Below are positions 1-10,023 of a DNA stretch of 64,000 nt, piece by piece. Made by a program: the position numbers and the translations under genes. Within the stretch, counting starts at the first letter, position 1; every line of letters starts with the position of its first letter. The notes under the pieces were generated by a model. It did not search any database and was not told the DNA's origin. It was given only the letters and a program-made list of their open reading frames with translations. Location of the stretch: the NCBI GenBank assembly GCA_963815715.1, contig CAWFHU010000015.1:111933-175932 (forward strand), in the 5' to 3' direction. The stretch is from an uncultured Chloroflexia bacterium. Lineage in GTDB: Bacteria; Chloroflexota; Chloroflexia; Thermomicrobiales; Thermomicrobiaceae.

Positions 1-293
1 GCGAGCCCGTCATCTTGCCGCGTGACGCGCAGGCGCTCTTCCTCGTGCAGCGCATTCGGGATGAAGCCCATCGCTTCGCCGTTACCTTCCACAGACAGCG
101 GCGTACGAAAACAGAGTTTCGTTCGGCTCTCGATGAGCTCTCGGGCGTCGGACCACGGCGCAAGAAGGCGTTGCTGAAATCATTCGGATCACTCAAGCGT
201 ATCCGTGAGGCATCCATCGACGAGCTCTGCGGAGTTGAGGGCATTGGACCGGCGCTCGCGCAGCAAATCAAGACCGAACTCGAAGCGTCGTGA
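1..293 (+). CDS. uvrC: excinuclease ABC subunit C, C-terminal fragment (5' end upstream of window)
   Basis: Frame open from the window edge to TGA 291-293. The tail RIRDEAHRFAVTFHRQRR...LDELSGVGPRRKKALLKSFGSLKRIREASIDELCGVEGIGPALAQ is the (HhH)2 C-terminus typical of UvrC. Confidence 0.85.
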   Translation, partial: EPVILPRDAQALFLVQRIRDEAHRFAVTFHRQRRTKTEFRSALDELSGVGPRRKKALLKSFGSLKRIREASIDELCGVEGIGPALAQQIKTELEAS

Positions 294-928
294 ATGAACG
301 TCGCGCCAGGGTGATTCCCGCTCAGGATCCGGAGGCCGTGCGTGTCGCCGCTGATACTCTCAGCAGCGGCGAGCTCGTCGTGTTTCCGACTGACACGGTC
401 TACGGCATCGGGGCGGCTGTCGATCGGCCCGATGCCGTCGCGAATCTGTACGTAGCCAAGGGGAGACCGCTCGACAAGCCGATCCCGGTTCTGATCTCCG
501 ATGCCGGACAGCTTTCTCGCCTGGCGGTCAACTTCGATGAGCGCGTGGAGAGGGTCGCAGAGGCATTTTGGCCAGGCGGGCTAACGATCGTGCTGGATGC
601 CGTTGCCTGGCTGCCGAAGGAGATCGTCGGCGAGACCAGACGGGTCGGTCTGCGCATGCCGGATCACACATTCGCGTTGGAACTCATCCGACGATCCGGC
701 GGGGCGTTGGCGACAACGAGTGCCAATCGGTCTGGCGAGCCCGCCGCCACGAATGCTCGGGACGCGTTCGACGCGCTGGGGCATCGTGCCACTGTGGTCA
801 TCGATGGCGGCGTTTCTCCGGGCGGTAACAGCTCGACCGTCATCTCGGTAGAAGGTGATTCGCTTCGCGTGCTACGCGAAGGCGCGATCCCGCTGGACGA
901 GATCGCGCCAGTCTTCAATGGCCGGTAG
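290..928 (+). CDS. tsaC: L-threonylcarbamoyladenylate synthase (YrdC/Sua5/TsaC family, single-domain)
   Basis: 212 aa. YrdC-fold motifs VFPTDTVYGIGAA and ATTSANRSGEP. GTG start overlaps the uvrC stop (GTGA). Confidence 0.8.
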   Translation: MNERRARVIPAQDPEAVRVAADTLSSGELVVFPTDTVYGIGAAVDRPDAVANLYVAKGRPLDKPIPVLISDAGQLSRLAVNFDERVERVAEAFWPGGLTIVLDAVAWLPKEIVGETRRVGLRMPDHTFALELIRRSGGALATTSANRSGEPAATNARDAFDALGHRATVVIDGGVSPGGNSSTVISVEGDSLRVLREGAIPLDEIAPVFNGR

Positions 929-934
929 TCGGGA

Positions 935-1810
935 CTAGGATGGTGCCTGGATCGACTGCACCTGACCGACCTGCGAGACGGTGATCATCACGTCAGCACT
1001 ACCATTCGCGCTGGGAGTACTACTCATCGGCGTCCCCATGATCGCGCTTCCGGCCGGCGATGACGCGCTGCCGTTCGCGCTAATCGTGAAGTTGCCTTGC
1101 AACAGGTATCCGCCGTTTTGCGCGACCCAGATCTTGGCGTCGACATTGGCGCCGCCGTCGCTCGAGAAGAACATCGACTGGTTATTGTCCTGAGACATTT
1201 CGTATTGCGCGGTCTCGACGTTAGTCTGAGTGCCGTTCACTGAATCGGTGCCGGTCACCTGGTAGTTAGCGTCCTTTGACTCCAGTGAGTTCACGATCTG
1301 CTGATCGGCGCTCACCATGGCGAGGAATTGCGCCACCATGGAATTGTCCTTCGAAACCTTCACAGGACCGGAGCCGATGTCCGCCCACACCTGATCGCCG
1401 ACCTGCCAAACCTGGAAGACGGTGTTTCCGTCATTCGAGGTGATGGTGAGGTGCTGATCGCTGCCTGAGCGCTCGACCTTGACGGTCGACTGCTCAGTAA
1501 CTCCCGGAATACTGGCAAACGTGCCCTGCAAATTGGAAAGTTTGGCGGTCATCACGTAGGAATTCTGATTCTTCAGATTGCTAAATGCTGTAGCAAGACT
1601 CACGGCTTCTCCGGTATTGGATGACGGAGAGGCCACCGGTGTGCCAAACGCGGTCGTCGTGCCGACCGATGATGACGTGCTCGTTGCCTCGTTGCTGCCG
1701 GTTGAAGATCCCGTCGACGTCGTCGCGGTGCCGGCCGTAGTGGAACAGGCCGCGAGAACGAAGACGAGACTTAAAATGGCTCCTACGAGCCCAAGTCGCC
1801 GTTTGTTCAT
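935..1810 (-). CDS. secreted lipoprotein, unknown function
   Basis: 291 aa. Signal peptide ends in lipobox LAAC (LVFVLAAC/STTAG), followed by a Ser/Thr-rich linker and a globular domain. No family recognised by eye. Confidence 0.6.
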   Translation of the reverse strand: MNKRRLGLVGAILSLVFVLAACSTTAGTATTSTGSSTGSNEATSTSSSVGTTTAFGTPVASPSSNTGEAVSLATAFSNLKNQNSYVMTAKLSNLQGTFASIPGVTEQSTVKVERSGSDQHLTITSNDGNTVFQVWQVGDQVWADIGSGPVKVSKDNSMVAQFLAMVSADQQIVNSLESKDANYQVTGTDSVNGTQTNVETAQYEMSQDNNQSMFFSSDGGANVDAKIWVAQNGGYLLQGNFTISANGSASSPAGSAIMGTPMSSTPSANGSADVMITVSQVGQVQSIQAPS

Positions 1811-2101
1811 GAGAAACTCCCAAAGACTATTTCCGATGCGATCGAGACGATCACGACTGTCGTCGTATACCCTGGCCCCCGGCTGATACAGCTCGGTCCG
1901 TGATATCCGGGGCGGCGTGGTAATTGGTCGCGGTCCGTCTCATTCGCGTTTGTTCCTACGTCACGTGCCCGATCAAGCTGGCCAGACCTGACCGGCCACG
2001 GCTTACCCTGTCGCAATGACGTTGCCATGCCAAGCCCTGGCAAGCTCAAAATCCGTACGTTACGATTCGCATGAAACTCGTACGCACCGCGAAGAGGGTG
2101 A

Positions 2102-2959
2102 ATGCAGAGCATGATGTTGGATCATCGAGCCGCGTACGTGCGGTCGGTTCTCGCGAGCCTGGTCGTATCGGTCGGGCTGGTTCCACTGGGTTTGTGGGCG
2201 AGGCATCTCCAGATTGGGCCCGGCACGGTGCCCTTGTTCGACGCGACCGGGCGTTCGTACTGGGTTATTGGGCTCCTCTTTGCTGGAGTCGCCGCGATTC
2301 TGTTTCAAATTCTCGATCGAGATGCGGCCTACGCAATGGCGACGGCGGCCGAGCGTGGCGTGCGCTACGAGCCGATTTCGGAGCTTCCCACCGCCTGGGT
2401 CATTCCAATCGTGTCGACCATCTCCGCGGTGATGCTGCTCGCCATCTATCACTCGCAAGCCGCCATCGTCTGCATCGCGCTAGGCTTCTTTTTCATCGTC
2501 GCGGCCAGCGCCATCGCCAGACGACACCTCTTCGACACCGAAGAGTGGACACGTGGACGGGCCCGCGGCGCGTACACGATCTTGATCCACGTCGTCGCGT
2601 TTTTTGCCCTGTCGATGATCTACATCAACAAGGTCCGCAGCATCTTCTCGGCAACCGCGGTTCTCATCGTCACCGTCCTCTTGCTGGTGCAGTTGACTGA
2701 AGGCGAGGACGAGATCTTTGGCCGCAGATTGGTCTACGGAATCGTCGGCGGAGTCATGCTGGGCCAGATAACCTGGGTGCTGAACTATTGGAAGGCAACG
2801 GGATGGACCGGTGGTGCCGCGCTCCTCGTCTTCTTCTACCTGTCGGCGGGATTGATTTTGAGTCAAGTCCGCGAAGGAACCAAGACGAGAGACGTGCTCG
2901 AGTACGGTGGGGTCAGCGTGCTGGCTTTCGGAATTGTCATGTATTCGCTCTTCGGATAG
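2102..2959 (+). CDS. polytopic membrane protein, unknown function
   Basis: 285 aa with about 8 hydrophobic spans (VLASLVVSVGLVPLGLW, VIGLLFAGVAAILFQIL, AIVCIALGFFFIVAASAI and others). No catalytic motif recognised. Confidence 0.6.
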   Translation: MQSMMLDHRAAYVRSVLASLVVSVGLVPLGLWARHLQIGPGTVPLFDATGRSYWVIGLLFAGVAAILFQILDRDAAYAMATAAERGVRYEPISELPTAWVIPIVSTISAVMLLAIYHSQAAIVCIALGFFFIVAASAIARRHLFDTEEWTRGRARGAYTILIHVVAFFALSMIYINKVRSIFSATAVLIVTVLLLVQLTEGEDEIFGRRLVYGIVGGVMLGQITWVLNYWKATGWTGGAALLVFFYLSAGLILSQVREGTKTRDVLEYGGVSVLAFGIVMYSLFG

Positions 2960-2966
2960 GCGCCAG

Positions 2967-3173
2967 ATGCCCAAAAACGCTCGCGACAACGAATCAAAGC
3001 TGCACGTCCTCTTGATGCAGCTCGATCGACTCGAAGATCTGAAGGAAGAGCTGGACGAGCTCGGTCTTCGAACGATCGAGGAAATTGACTTGAGAATCGA
3101 ATCGATCAGTCGAGATGTGGAAGCGCTCGAGGAGGACAGCCACGGTCCTGACAATTCCGCAACTCAAACATAG
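2967..3173 (+). CDS. small acidic coiled-coil protein (hypothetical)
   Basis: ATG 2967 inside track ORF 2907..3173. 68 aa with heptad-like LHVLLMQLDRLEDLKEELDELGLRTIEEIDLRIESISRDVEALEE. Weak RBS, so coding status is uncertain. Confidence 0.3.
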   Translation: MPKNARDNESKLHVLLMQLDRLEDLKEELDELGLRTIEEIDLRIESISRDVEALEEDSHGPDNSATQT

Positions 3174-3181
3174 CGGGCTTC

Positions 3182-4531
3182 GTGGATCTTTTTGACGCAC
3201 GCCGACAGGAGCTCCTGCGCAAGCGTGCACCACTCGCCGATCGTATGCGGCCGCGCGTGCTCGATGAGCTGGTTGGCCAGGAAGCGATTGTTGGTCCAGG
3301 GACGCTGTTGCGGCAGGCGATCGAGCGTGATCGTCTCAGCTCTTTGATATTGTGGGGACCGCCCGGAAGCGGCAAGACCACGCTTGCACGCGTGGTCGCC
3401 GGAGTGACCAAGTCCCATTTCGTGCAAATGTCGGCGGTCATGGCAGGTGTCGCCGACCTGCGCCGCGAAGTCAAAGAGGCGCAGGACCGACTCGGCATGC
3501 ACGGTGCCCGTACCATCCTGTTCATCGACGAGATTCACCGGTTCAACCGCGCCCAGCAAGACGCCATCCTTCCCCACGTCGAAGACGGAACCGTCACCCT
3601 TATTGGCGCCACGACGGAAAACCCATCCTTTGAGGTCAACTCTCCGCTTTTGTCCCGATCCCGCGTCATCGTGCTGCATGCGTTGAGCGACGATGCGATT
3701 CGAGTCGTGATCGAGCGAGCGCTTGTCGATGTCGAGCGTGGGCTCGGAGCCGAGCATTTGACGATCGACGAGGACGCACTCGAGTTGCTGGTCAACCTGG
3801 CGAATGGTGATGCGCGGTTCGCCCTCAACACGCTGGAGCTCGCCTCCGTCGGCGAGATCGACAAGGTCATCGGGCGCGACCAAGTTCTGGAAGCGACCTC
3901 GCAGCGCGCCGGAAGCTACGATCGCGCTGGTGATGCCCACTTCGACACGATTTCGGCACTGCACAAGTCGATTCGGGGCTCTGATCCGGACGCATCACTC
4001 TATTGGTTAGCCAGAATGCTCGAACGAGGTGATGACCCGCTCTACGTGGCTCGACGGCTTGTGCGCGCCGCGTCTGAAGACATTGGTCTGGCGGATCCGC
4101 AGGCGTTGGTGGTGACCATCGCCGCGCAACAAGCTGTTCATTTCCTTGGTATGCCGGAAGGCGCGTTGGCGCTGGCGGAAGCGACCGTCTATTTGGCAAC
4201 AGCGCCAAAGAGCAACTCAATCTACAAGGCATACGGGAAGGCACGTGACGACGTCGATAAGTCACGCAACGATCCGATTCCGATTCACCTGCGCAACGCT
4301 CCCACCCAGCTCATGAAGGACCTCGGCTACGGTGAACGCTATCGCTATGCGCACGATTTCGAAGACGCCATTGTTGAGCAACAGCATCTACCCGACAACC
4401 TAATCGGACGCACGTACTACGAACCGGTCGAGCGTGGATTCGAGCGAGAGATCAGATCGCGGCTGGCATACTGGAAGAAGGTGCTGGGGCGACGCAAGCG
4501 CAATGACGACGCTGACGAGGAAGGGTCTTGA
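3182..4531 (+). CDS. rarA: replication-associated recombination protein A (AAA+ ATPase)
   Basis: 449 aa. Walker [10 protein letters not shown], Walker [11 protein letters not shown], and the MgsA C-terminal domain ([28 protein letters not shown]). Confidence 0.9.
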   Translation: MDLFDARRQELLRKRAPLADRMRPRVLDELVGQEAIVGPGTLLRQAIERDRLSSLILWGPPGSGKTTLARVVAGVTKSHFVQMSAVMAGVADLRREVKEAQDRLGMHGARTILFIDEIHRFNRAQQDAILPHVEDGTVTLIGATTENPSFEVNSPLLSRSRVIVLHALSDDAIRVVIERALVDVERGLGAEHLTIDEDALELLVNLANGDARFALNTLELASVGEIDKVIGRDQVLEATSQRAGSYDRAGDAHFDTISALHKSIRGSDPDASLYWLARMLERGDDPLYVARRLVRAASEDIGLADPQALVVTIAAQQAVHFLGMPEGALALAEATVYLATAPKSNSIYKAYGKARDDVDKSRNDPIPIHLRNAPTQLMKDLGYGERYRYAHDFEDAIVEQQHLPDNLIGRTYYEPVERGFEREIRSRLAYWKKVLGRRKRNDDADEEGS

Positions 4532-5283
4532 CGCAGGTGGCAGCTACTTTCAATCGAAAACGTCCAGGTGGGCGCAAGAACGATGAGCTTCGCGAGATCG
4601 AAATCGTGCCCGGGTTCGCTCCGTATGCCGAGGGGTCCGCGTTGATCAGCGCCGGGAATACGCACGTGCTGTGTACCGCGACCATTGACGAGCGCGTGCC
4701 GGGCTTTTTGAAGGACACTGGCAAGGGATGGGTGACTGCCGAATACGGAATGCTGCCGCGAAGTTCCCCTCAGCGCATTTCTCGTGAGCGCTCGTTGTCA
4801 TCGGGTCGAACTCACGAAATTCAGCGGCTCATCGGACGGTCCCTCCGCGCGGTGACCAAGCTGGAAGCACTCGGCGAACGCATGATCACGATCGATTGCG
4901 ACGTGTTGCGCGCCGACGGCGGTACTCGCACTGCCGCCATCACCGGCAGCTACGTGGCACTCCATCAGGCGCTGCAGGTGCTCCTGCGCACCGAACGCGT
5001 CAAAGCCATTCCTGTCTCAGGGATGGTTGCAGCGATCAGCGTCGGAATGATCTACGGCGAGGAGCGACTCGACCTCGAGTATGCCGAGGACTCCGTTGCC
5101 GACGTCGATTTCAATGTCGTCATGACCGACCGGGGTGAGTTCGTCGAGGTGCAGGGGACAGCAGAGGGCAAACCGTTTTCGCGCGAGCGCCTGGATGCCC
5201 TCATCGAGCTGGCACATGGCGGCATATCGCAGCTTTTTGACAAACAGCGGGCCGCGCTCGGAATCGAGCCTCGACAACGCTGA
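4528..5283 (+). CDS. rph: ribonuclease PH
   Basis: 251 aa. [22 protein letters not shown] and the phosphate-binding [16 protein letters not shown] motif. TTG start overlaps the rarA stop. Confidence 0.9.
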   Translation: MTQVAATFNRKRPGGRKNDELREIEIVPGFAPYAEGSALISAGNTHVLCTATIDERVPGFLKDTGKGWVTAEYGMLPRSSPQRISRERSLSSGRTHEIQRLIGRSLRAVTKLEALGERMITIDCDVLRADGGTRTAAITGSYVALHQALQVLLRTERVKAIPVSGMVAAISVGMIYGEERLDLEYAEDSVADVDFNVVMTDRGEFVEVQGTAEGKPFSRERLDALIELAHGGISQLFDKQRAALGIEPRQR

Positions 5284-5290
5284 GCAGGTG

Positions 5291-5893
5291 CTATACCTCG
5301 ATGTGATCTTTGGTTGATGGAATGCGATCTCCGACGCGCGGGTCAAGCGAGACTGCCGCGCTCAATGCACGTGCCGTCGCTTTGAAGACCGCCTCAACCT
5401 GGTGGTGCGCGTTCATACCGTAGAGCGTGATCACGTGCAGATTGATGCGTGCCTCGAACGCCAAAGTTTCGAAGAAGTGCCTGAAGAGATCGACCTCGAT
5501 CTGTCCGACCGACGCCCCGACAAATGGATCTCGCTGAACATAATAGCCGCGACCAGAACAATCGACCGCCACATGCGCCAGTGCTTCGTCCATCGGTACG
5601 GCGACGTCCGCCATGCGGCGAATGCCGCGCCGCTCGCCGAGCGCCTGACGCAGCGCCTGACCGAGGCAAATCGCCACGTCCTCGGTGGTGTGATGTGGAT
5701 CGACGTGCAGATCGCCGGATGCCGAGACCGACAGTGTGAAGTGACCGTGCCGGGCAAAGAGCGTCAGGAAGTGATCCAGTGCGCCAAGACCGGTATCGCT
5801 GGTCGAGCTACCGTCGCCATCTAGGTCGAGGCTCAGTTCGACGGTGGTCTCGCTCGTTGAGCGTTTGATCGTCGCGCGCCGTTCGCTGGCCAT
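5291..5893 (-). CDS. hisB: imidazoleglycerol-phosphate dehydratase
   Basis: 200 aa. IGPD signature regions GDLHVDPHHTTEDVAI and GMNAHHQVEAVFKA. Confidence 0.9.
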   Translation of the reverse strand: MASERRATIKRSTSETTVELSLDLDGDGSSTSDTGLGALDHFLTLFARHGHFTLSVSASGDLHVDPHHTTEDVAICLGQALRQALGERRGIRRMADVAVPMDEALAHVAVDCSGRGYYVQRDPFVGASVGQIEVDLFRHFFETLAFEARINLHVITLYGMNAHHQVEAVFKATARALSAAVSLDPRVGDRIPSTKDHIEV

Positions 5894-6996
5894 CAGAGCT
5901 CCTCCACCAGATCGTACAGAGCTGCCATCAGCGCGTCCGTCTCCTCCGGTTTGCCGACCGTGATGCGTAGGTACCCGCGCAGATCCGGGCTTCCGTAGTG
6001 ACGAATCAGGATTCCACGACGAGCGAGGCGATTGCGGATGTCATGCGCGTCGCCACGGGTGATCTGGCACAGGATGTAGTTACCATGCGACGGGAACGGT
6101 TGCAGAAAGTTGAGCTTGCGCAGCGAGCGGTAGAGCCGACCGCGTTCGACCCGAATGCGTCGCACCGATTCCTGCAGATAGGTCGCGTCATCTAAGACTG
6201 CCTCGACTGCTTTGAGCGCCGCGACGCTGACGTTGAACGGTTGCTTGACTTTCCAGATCTGTTCCGCCAAAGCTGGCGGGAAAATACCGTAGCCAACGCG
6301 CAATCCGGCCAGCCCCGACCACTTGCTGAACGTGCGCAGTACGACCATGTTGTCAAACTCGGTCGTGTACGGGAGCAGGGTCTTGGTGGAGAACTCGAAA
6401 TAGGCCTCATCCACGACTACCAGTAGGCCAGTACGTAGCAGGTGAACGAGCTGCTGCTGTGTCACCATGTTGCCTGTGGGGTTGTTGGGCGACGTGACGA
6501 AGATGACCTTGGTGCGGTCGGTGATGGCCGCGTCGATGGCATCCAGGTCCAGCTCGAAGTCCGGTTTGCGCTCGACCAGTCGATTGACCCCATTGAGGAG
6601 CACCGTGCGGTTCGCGTAGACTCCGAAGGTGGGAATCGGGACAATGACCTCGTCGCCAGGATCGATCGTTGCCAGCAGGATGAGATCGATCAGTTCGTCG
6701 GCACCATTCCCCATAACGATGCGCTCGACCGGCGCGCCCGTGTATTCCGCGATCCGCTCGCGCGCCACGCGCTGATCGTTGTCTGGGTAGCGATGATATT
6801 GATCGCAGCTGGCGAGCACTTCCTGGACCCGGATGCTCGTGCCGTAGGGATTCTCGTTGGTGTCGAGCTTGATGATGTCATCGATAGAGCAATTGAGGGA
6901 TGTGGCGATTGACTCGATCGAGTCTGAAGCGGTGTAGGCTTCGAGATCGAGGACTGACGGTCGAATGATGTTGCGCAGTACTTTAGGGATCGCCAC
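5893..6996 (-). CDS. hisC: histidinol-phosphate aminotransferase
   Basis: 367 aa. KLDTNENPYG, TSPNNPTG and PLP-lysine context RTFSKWSGLAGLRVGY. Stop overlaps the hisB start by 1 nt. Confidence 0.9.
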   Translation of the reverse strand: MAIPKVLRNIIRPSVLDLEAYTASDSIESIATSLNCSIDDIIKLDTNENPYGTSIRVQEVLASCDQYHRYPDNDQRVARERIAEYTGAPVERIVMGNGADELIDLILLATIDPGDEVIVPIPTFGVYANRTVLLNGVNRLVERKPDFELDLDAIDAAITDRTKVIFVTSPNNPTGNMVTQQQLVHLLRTGLLVVVDEAYFEFSTKTLLPYTTEFDNMVVLRTFSKWSGLAGLRVGYGIFPPALAEQIWKVKQPFNVSVAALKAVEAVLDDATYLQESVRRIRVERGRLYRSLRKLNFLQPFPSHGNYILCQITRGDAHDIRNRLARRGILIRHYGSPDLRGYLRITVGKPEETDALMAALYDLVEEL

Positions 6997-7096
6997 GAAT
7001 GCCTGCCTGTTCGGTTAGTTCGATGTTGCGAACGACTCACTTACCAGCCGCGCTGGCCCAGTTACGGGGCGCCGCCATACTATCACGAACGCCGAG

Positions 7097-8389
7097 ATGA
7101 GCCACCATCGTCGAGAGCGTCGAATCCGGCCAACTGTTCACTCCCACGACTTCTTGGGACGAGTAGCAGCGCACGATCGTTTGACTGGGTGGGCCCGCGC
7201 CCCGCTAGCCATCTTGATAGTCTTGCTGACATCGCTCATGCTCGTCGCCCCCTGGCAGGCGCCTGCTCATGCTACGTCAGCTGGCGTGACCCCGACGTCC
7301 ACGATCCATCTCGCCGCCGCACCCACTGAGACGCCCGCGGCCACTCCGACCGCCACCGCCGCGTCGCCCCCGATAACGTTATCAGCAGCCGCCGTCTATG
7401 CAGTCGACGTCACGAACGACGCTGAGCTCTACGCCCAGAGCGCCGATACACCTCTCGCGCCCGCAAGCACCACCAAGATCGTCACCGCGATCGTCGTGAT
7501 GATGCATGCGACTCCGGATGAGAAGGTCACCATTCAGCAGGATGACCAGGTTGACTGGACTGTCTATTCACATATGGGATTGCTGGCTGGAGACGTCGTC
7601 ACCGTGCGAGACCTCCTGGCGGGAATGCTTCTCAACTCAGGTGGCGACGCCGCCATGGCCCTCTCTCGCTACGTTGGAGAAAAGCTGCCCAGCCAAACGG
7701 CGGCGGACCCAAGGCAACGGTTCGTCGACGAGATGAACCGCGTCGCGTCTCAGATTGGGATGTCTCATTCCCACTTCAATGACCCGGACGGTCGCGACAC
7801 GCCGGGACACGTCTCGACTGCTCACGATCTGGCGCTGGCGGCGGCTGACTTATTCAGCTACCAGTTGCTCCAAAAGATTGTCGGAACGACAACACAGACC
7901 GTGTCCATTCAGGGGACGAACCCGCGCGACATCACCCTCGTCAACACGAACGAGTTTCTCGGCAATCCGGACGTCCACGGCGTAAAGACGGGAACGACCG
8001 ACAACGCCGGTGAATGCCTGGTTCTCGCCGTCTCGCGTGGTGACGATCGGGTCATCACGGTGGTGCTGGGGAGCACCGACCGATATGGCGACACGTCGGC
8101 CCTCTTGAATTACCTTGACGCGCAGTTCAAATGGGTGCGGCTCGGCAGAGGCGGGGATCTGCAGGATCTGAACACCGAGATTCAAAACAAGGGATACTCG
8201 CTGGCCGTCAGCAAGACCGTGCTGCTGAGCGCCGTCGACGCCTCTCATTTGCACTACGTCGTGAATGCCAAGCCAAACACAAATGTCTCACCGTTCGCGT
8301 CGCAGGGCGACGTAGTATTCTTGATAGGTTCACGGCCGATCTGGCGGCAGTCGCTCTACGCAGGCGATCCGTTCAAACCGAGCGGCTGA
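7097..8389 (+). CDS. D-alanyl-D-alanine carboxypeptidase (peptidase S11)
   Basis: 430 aa. N-terminal membrane anchor, SxxK (ASTTKIV), SxN-like (LNSGGDAA) and KTG (VKTGTT) boxes. Confidence 0.8.
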   Translation: MSHHRRERRIRPTVHSHDFLGRVAAHDRLTGWARAPLAILIVLLTSLMLVAPWQAPAHATSAGVTPTSTIHLAAAPTETPAATPTATAASPPITLSAAAVYAVDVTNDAELYAQSADTPLAPASTTKIVTAIVVMMHATPDEKVTIQQDDQVDWTVYSHMGLLAGDVVTVRDLLAGMLLNSGGDAAMALSRYVGEKLPSQTAADPRQRFVDEMNRVASQIGMSHSHFNDPDGRDTPGHVSTAHDLALAAADLFSYQLLQKIVGTTTQTVSIQGTNPRDITLVNTNEFLGNPDVHGVKTGTTDNAGECLVLAVSRGDDRVITVVLGSTDRYGDTSALLNYLDAQFKWVRLGRGGDLQDLNTEIQNKGYSLAVSKTVLLSAVDASHLHYVVNAKPNTNVSPFASQGDVVFLIGSRPIWRQSLYAGDPFKPSG

Positions 8390-8432
8390 CGGCCGGAACG
8401 CGATCATTCTCCATTACATCGGGGGCTACTTT

Positions 8433-9389
8433 TTGGAACGACTGCAGCGCGTCATCGCGTCATACGGAGTCACGTCTCGACGCAAAGCCGAACGCATGAT
8501 CCTCGAGGGACGCATCAGCGTCGACGGCGAGATCGTGCAGGAACTTGGTGTGCGCGTCGATCCAACGCACCAGGAGATCCGGGTCGACGGAAAGCTCATG
8601 CGTTGGGAGCGGCGCAGGTATCTGATCCTCAACAAGCCCTCTGGGTACATCACGACCGCCGCCGACGAGCGCGGGCGTCGCACGGTGTTGGATTTGGTCA
8701 ACGTGCCGGAACGCATCGTGCCGGTTGGCCGCCTCGATCGCAAAACGTCAGGTCTGCTGATGCTGACGAACGACGGCGAGCTCCTCTATCGCATCACGCA
8801 TCCCAAATTCGAGCTCGAAAAAGAATATGAAGTTCAGTTAGACGGTTTTCCGCCGCCCGTCGCGCTGGAGCGCTTGCGCCAGGGTGTGATCGTCGACGGC
8901 ACGAAAGTCGTGCCAGCGCAGATTCGGCCGCTCCGCAACGAAGAAGGCGGCACCGTGCTGCGGGTTGTGATTCATGAGGGGCGCAATCGTATCGTGCGGC
9001 GCATGATGGAGCGGATCGGCTATCCTGTGCTGAAGCTGGAAAGAACGCGCGTCGGACCGTTACAGATTCGAGGCTTGCCGACAGGCGCCTGGCGCGATCT
9101 GACGGGTGGCGAGCTGACGCAGATTCGAGAGTCGGTAGGGCTTGGGGACGAAGATATCACGACGCGTCCAAGCGCTCCAACTCAGCGTTCGCCGTCAGCA
9201 AGGCCACGCACATACGAGCGAGGAGAGCGGCCGGCGCCGAGCGGTCGCGGACCGAGACCGAACACTGGGAGGCAACCAGATCGAACCGGAAGCGGAAGAC
9301 CGCCAGCGCGACGACAAGGACCGGGGCAAGGACCTGGTGATCGCGGTCGACGGCCCGGCGGCGGCCGGCAAGACGACCGTCGCGAGTGA
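8433..9389 (+). CDS. rRNA pseudouridine synthase, RsuA/RluB family
   Basis: S4 domain (RLQRVIASYGVTSRRKAERMILEGRISVDG) and catalytic motif GRLDRKTSGLLMLTNDGEL. TTG start. The 80-aa Arg/Gly/Pro tail overlaps the open cmk frame, so the 3' end is uncertain. Confidence 0.75.
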   Translation: MERLQRVIASYGVTSRRKAERMILEGRISVDGEIVQELGVRVDPTHQEIRVDGKLMRWERRRYLILNKPSGYITTAADERGRRTVLDLVNVPERIVPVGRLDRKTSGLLMLTNDGELLYRITHPKFELEKEYEVQLDGFPPPVALERLRQGVIVDGTKVVPAQIRPLRNEEGGTVLRVVIHEGRNRIVRRMMERIGYPVLKLERTRVGPLQIRGLPTGAWRDLTGGELTQIRESVGLGDEDITTRPSAPTQRSPSARPRTYERGERPAPSGRGPRPNTGRQPDRTGSGRPPARRQGPGQGPGDRGRRPGGGRQDDRRE

Positions 9390-10023
9390 ACTTGCTCGAC
9401 GAATCGACGCCATCTTCTTCGATACGGGCGTAATTTACCGCGCGTTGGCGTTGGTGGCGTTGAGGCACCACATCGACCCAAATGATGCGCAATCGCTGGC
9501 ACGAGAGGCCTCGTCACTCGATCTTCGCATCGACCCCGCGAGCATGGATGATGGACGTCTGGCCGACGTAATTGTTAACGGGCGAGACGAGACGTGGGCC
9601 ATCCGCACTCCCGATGTCGATCGCACGGTCTCGGCAATATCGGCGCATCCGTCCGTCCGCGCGGCGTTGCTCGAAAAGCAGCGAGCCATCGGACGACGCG
9701 GTCGTGTCGTGATGGTGGGACGAGACATCGGCACGGTCGTCATGCCCAACGCTGACGTCAAGATCTGGTTGGAGGCGTCGCTCGATGAACGTGCTCGGCG
9801 ACGCACCAGTGATCTCGAGCGGCAGGGAGCCCTTCGGACATTCGAGGACGTGCGTGCGGAGATGCAGCGACGGGATGCCATGGACGCTGGGCGTGCCACA
9901 TCTCCGATGAAACCAGCAGATGACGCGATTGTCGTTCTGACCGATGGATTGACGATCAATCAGGTAGTCGAGAAGCTCGTCTCGCTCGTTGATTCGAGTA
10001 CCGGCAGTGGAGACAAACATTGA
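9337..10023 (+). CDS. cmk: (d)CMP kinase
   Basis: P-loop IAVDGPAAAGKTTVASELA, FFDTGVIYRA, GRDIGTVV. GTG 9337 sits just before the P-loop, but the frame is open back to TTG 9142, so the N-terminus is uncertain. Confidence 0.85.
   Translation: MIAVDGPAAAGKTTVASELARRIDAIFFDTGVIYRALALVALRHHIDPNDAQSLAREASSLDLRIDPASMDDGRLADVIVNGRDETWAIRTPDVDRTVSAISAHPSVRAALLEKQRAIGRRGRVVMVGRDIGTVVMPNADVKIWLEASLDERARRRTSDLERQGALRTFEDVRAEMQRRDAMDAGRATSPMKPADDAIVVLTDGLTINQVVEKLVSLVDSSTGSGDKH

Noticed and set aside
3164-3964. Long antisense or overlapping ORFs (also 15357..16358, 20359..21480, 37691..38692, 43131..44066, 49448..50665, 59179..59940, 60476..61285)
   Set aside because: They lie opposite or out of frame to genes with clear homology. 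They are rich in Arg/Gly/His/Asp, as expected for shadow frames in high-GC DNA.
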